A stretch of DNA of 64,000 bases, taken from Mobula hypostoma (Eukaryota). The position numbers were made by a program, and so were the translations under genes. Position 1 is the stretch's first letter; every line of letters starts with the position of its first letter. Positions 62,090 to 64,000 of this stretch are shown here, in pieces. Under the pieces are notes generated by a model that worked only from the letters and a program-made list of their open reading frames with translations, was not told where the DNA came from and did not search any database. The stretch spans positions 64,544,001 to 64,608,000 of the forward strand of contig NC_086097.1 of assembly GCF_963921235.1 (NCBI RefSeq), written 5' to 3'.

Positions 62090-62385
62090 TGATATTTTTG
62101 CTTGCTAGCATTTCTTAAAACTGGACTATTGAAAGGGTCTAAGGCTTTCAGCACCCTCTAATCTCCATCACCTAGCTGCACTTGTTCCGACATGATCTTT
62201 AACCTCACTCACTATCTCAACCGTGAGGCAATAAGCAAAGTAAGTTTCCCCTGGCTTCGCTCTAAATGGCCATTCCATTCTTCAGCGATGATGACCTCTA
62301 GTTCTACACATTTCATCTCTATATTTACCCCCACAAGCTCTTACATGTTTCCATGAGATCATCTCTCATTCTTCTAAGATCTAGA
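62090..62385 (-). mobile_element. Decayed CR1 3' end
   Basis: ORF 62325-62597 ends LRRMRDDLMETCKSLWG. Confidence 0.55.
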
Positions 62386-62625
62386 CCTGGTCCAGTGGCA
62401 AGCCCTAGAGTTATACCTTCCCGTTTCCTGACAACTCGACCAGAACAGCCACCAGTGGCCTGAGGTTCATTGACACATTTTCCTCCTACCTCTCTGTTGA
62501 ACATGCATAGGTAAGGGAGAGCTATCAGTCTCCATTTCCCTTTAAATAATAATGCAAAACAAAACATGGAAGTTGAGATTATGTACAGTACCTGCAAACA
62601 GATGTTTGCTCCATAATGTCACGGA

Positions 62626-62985
62626 TGAATTGAATTGAATTGACTTTATTTTTACATCCTTCACATACCTGAGGAGTAAAACTCTTTACGTTACGTCTCC
62701 ATCTGAATGTGCAATGTGCAACTAATATAGTAATTTGTAATAAATAGTATGTACAGTAAGATATACACAGAACAGTCAATATAGCTTAGAAATACAATTG
62801 TGTCGGTGTGATTTAATCGGCCTGATGGAAGAAGCTGTCCCAGAGCCTGTTGGTCCTGGCTTTTATACTATGGTACTGTTTCCTGGATGGTAGCAGCTGG
62901 AACAGTTTGTGGTTGGAGTGACTCGGGTCCCCAGTGATCTCTCAGGCCCTTTTTACGCACCTGTTGCTCTAAATGTCCTGAATAG
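62626..62985 (-). mobile_element. Rex1/Babar LINE fragment with an (ATTCA)n tail
   Basis: GAAGAAGCTGTCCCAGAGCCTGTTGGTCCTGGC...GGATGGTAGCAGCTGGAACAG is the antisense of LFQLLPSRKQYHS...DSFF. Confidence 0.8.
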
Positions 62986-63349
62986 ATGAAGGTGATAGAT
63001 GCGAGTCTTTTCCATTCAAGAAGACCAGTGAAACAGTGACGATGCCACCATCACTTGTTTTGACACTCACGGACATCAGTGTGGATACTGACACCATATG
63101 TTTCTGAGACGACAGCATCAAGGGTAGACAGCATTAATACACTTACACCACAGCAGACGGCAGCAACTGAGCAGATTCTGGTGCACTGCAGGACAAGGTT
63201 ATGCCCTGCAGAGGATTCAGATGAGAACACTAATATTCTGGGCTGAGAAGACAAATAATGCTTGGTATACCTACCAAGGTAATGAAAACTAGGCATATTG
63301 CTTCAAGTCTTCCATTTAACTGGATAATACACTATAATCTGGTTTCCTA

Positions 63350-63985
63350 CCCCCACCGATGGCCCCTTTCCCTGTCTCCAACCCCCCTCCTCTTCTTGTA
63401 CACTCTGCACTGGTCTTCTGCCCTCTCTGGATCTTTTCATCTCTAACTGCCAATGAGACATTAACCTTCTGGACTTCAACACTCCTCTCTCCCATTTGAA
63501 CCACAGTCTCTCTGAAAGCACCGCCCTCCACATGCTCTCGATCGCTTCAACCATTTTAAGTTTCCTGGCCCTGATCACATCATTTTCATTATGGATGTCC
63601 ACGCCCTGTCTGTACACTTCTACTCCCCCCATCATGAAGGCCTTAAAGCTCTCTGCTTTTTTCTGGACAACAGAAGTGACCAGTTCCCCTCCACCACCAC
63701 CCTTCTCTGTCTGGTGGAACTAGTTCTAATCCTCAACAGTTTCTCTTTTGGCTCTTTGTGCTTTCTCCAAACCTATGGTGTAGCCATGGGCACCCGCATG
63801 TGCCCCAGTCAAACCAACCTTTTCATTGGCTATGTGGGACCTCCCTGCACCATGCTGAGTTCATCAGTTTCATCAACTTTGTCTCCAACTTTCACCTTGT
63901 CCACAAATTTACTTGGTCCATTTCTGACACTTCTCTTCCCTTCCTCGATCTGTGTGTCACCATCTACTTATATCTTTTATCAAAT
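63350..63985 (+). mobile_element. Penelope RT fragment
   Basis: Across frames: IFIMDV..LYTS.PHHEGLKAL, LVELVLILNSFSF and GVAMGTRMCPS..NLFIGYV. Confidence 0.85.
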
Positions 63986-64000
63986 CAAATCAATTTCAAG

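Overview
Eukaryotic, AT-rich vertebrate DNA, almost certainly a cartilaginous fish and probably a ray (inferred from the repeat repertoire: CR1 LINEs with elasmobranch-type 3' tails, V-domain and Deu-domain SINEs, Penelope termini). I found no intact host gene, so the window looks intronic or intergenic. A large share is nested transposable-element debris: many CR1 and Rex1/Babar LINE fragments, Penelope elements, Gypsy remnants, solo LTRs, Tc1, Tigger-like, PIF/Harbinger and hAT-Charlie DNA transposons, and R4/Dong and Hero fragments. The strongest signals are three. (1) A TSD-flanked 565-bp non-coding retroelement (59879-60443) starts exactly at G1 of a complete HDV-like double-pseudoknot ribozyme fold with a hairpin inserted in L3; a diverged second copy lies at 15588-16061. 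(2) An apparently intronless RBM25 fragment is fused directly to a 5'-truncated CR1, suggesting a template-switch chimera. (3) Several Penelope termini carry minimal hammerhead motifs, some as tiny TSD-flanked insertions. All family calls come from motif recognition by eye, not database searches. Boundaries of old repeats are approximate.
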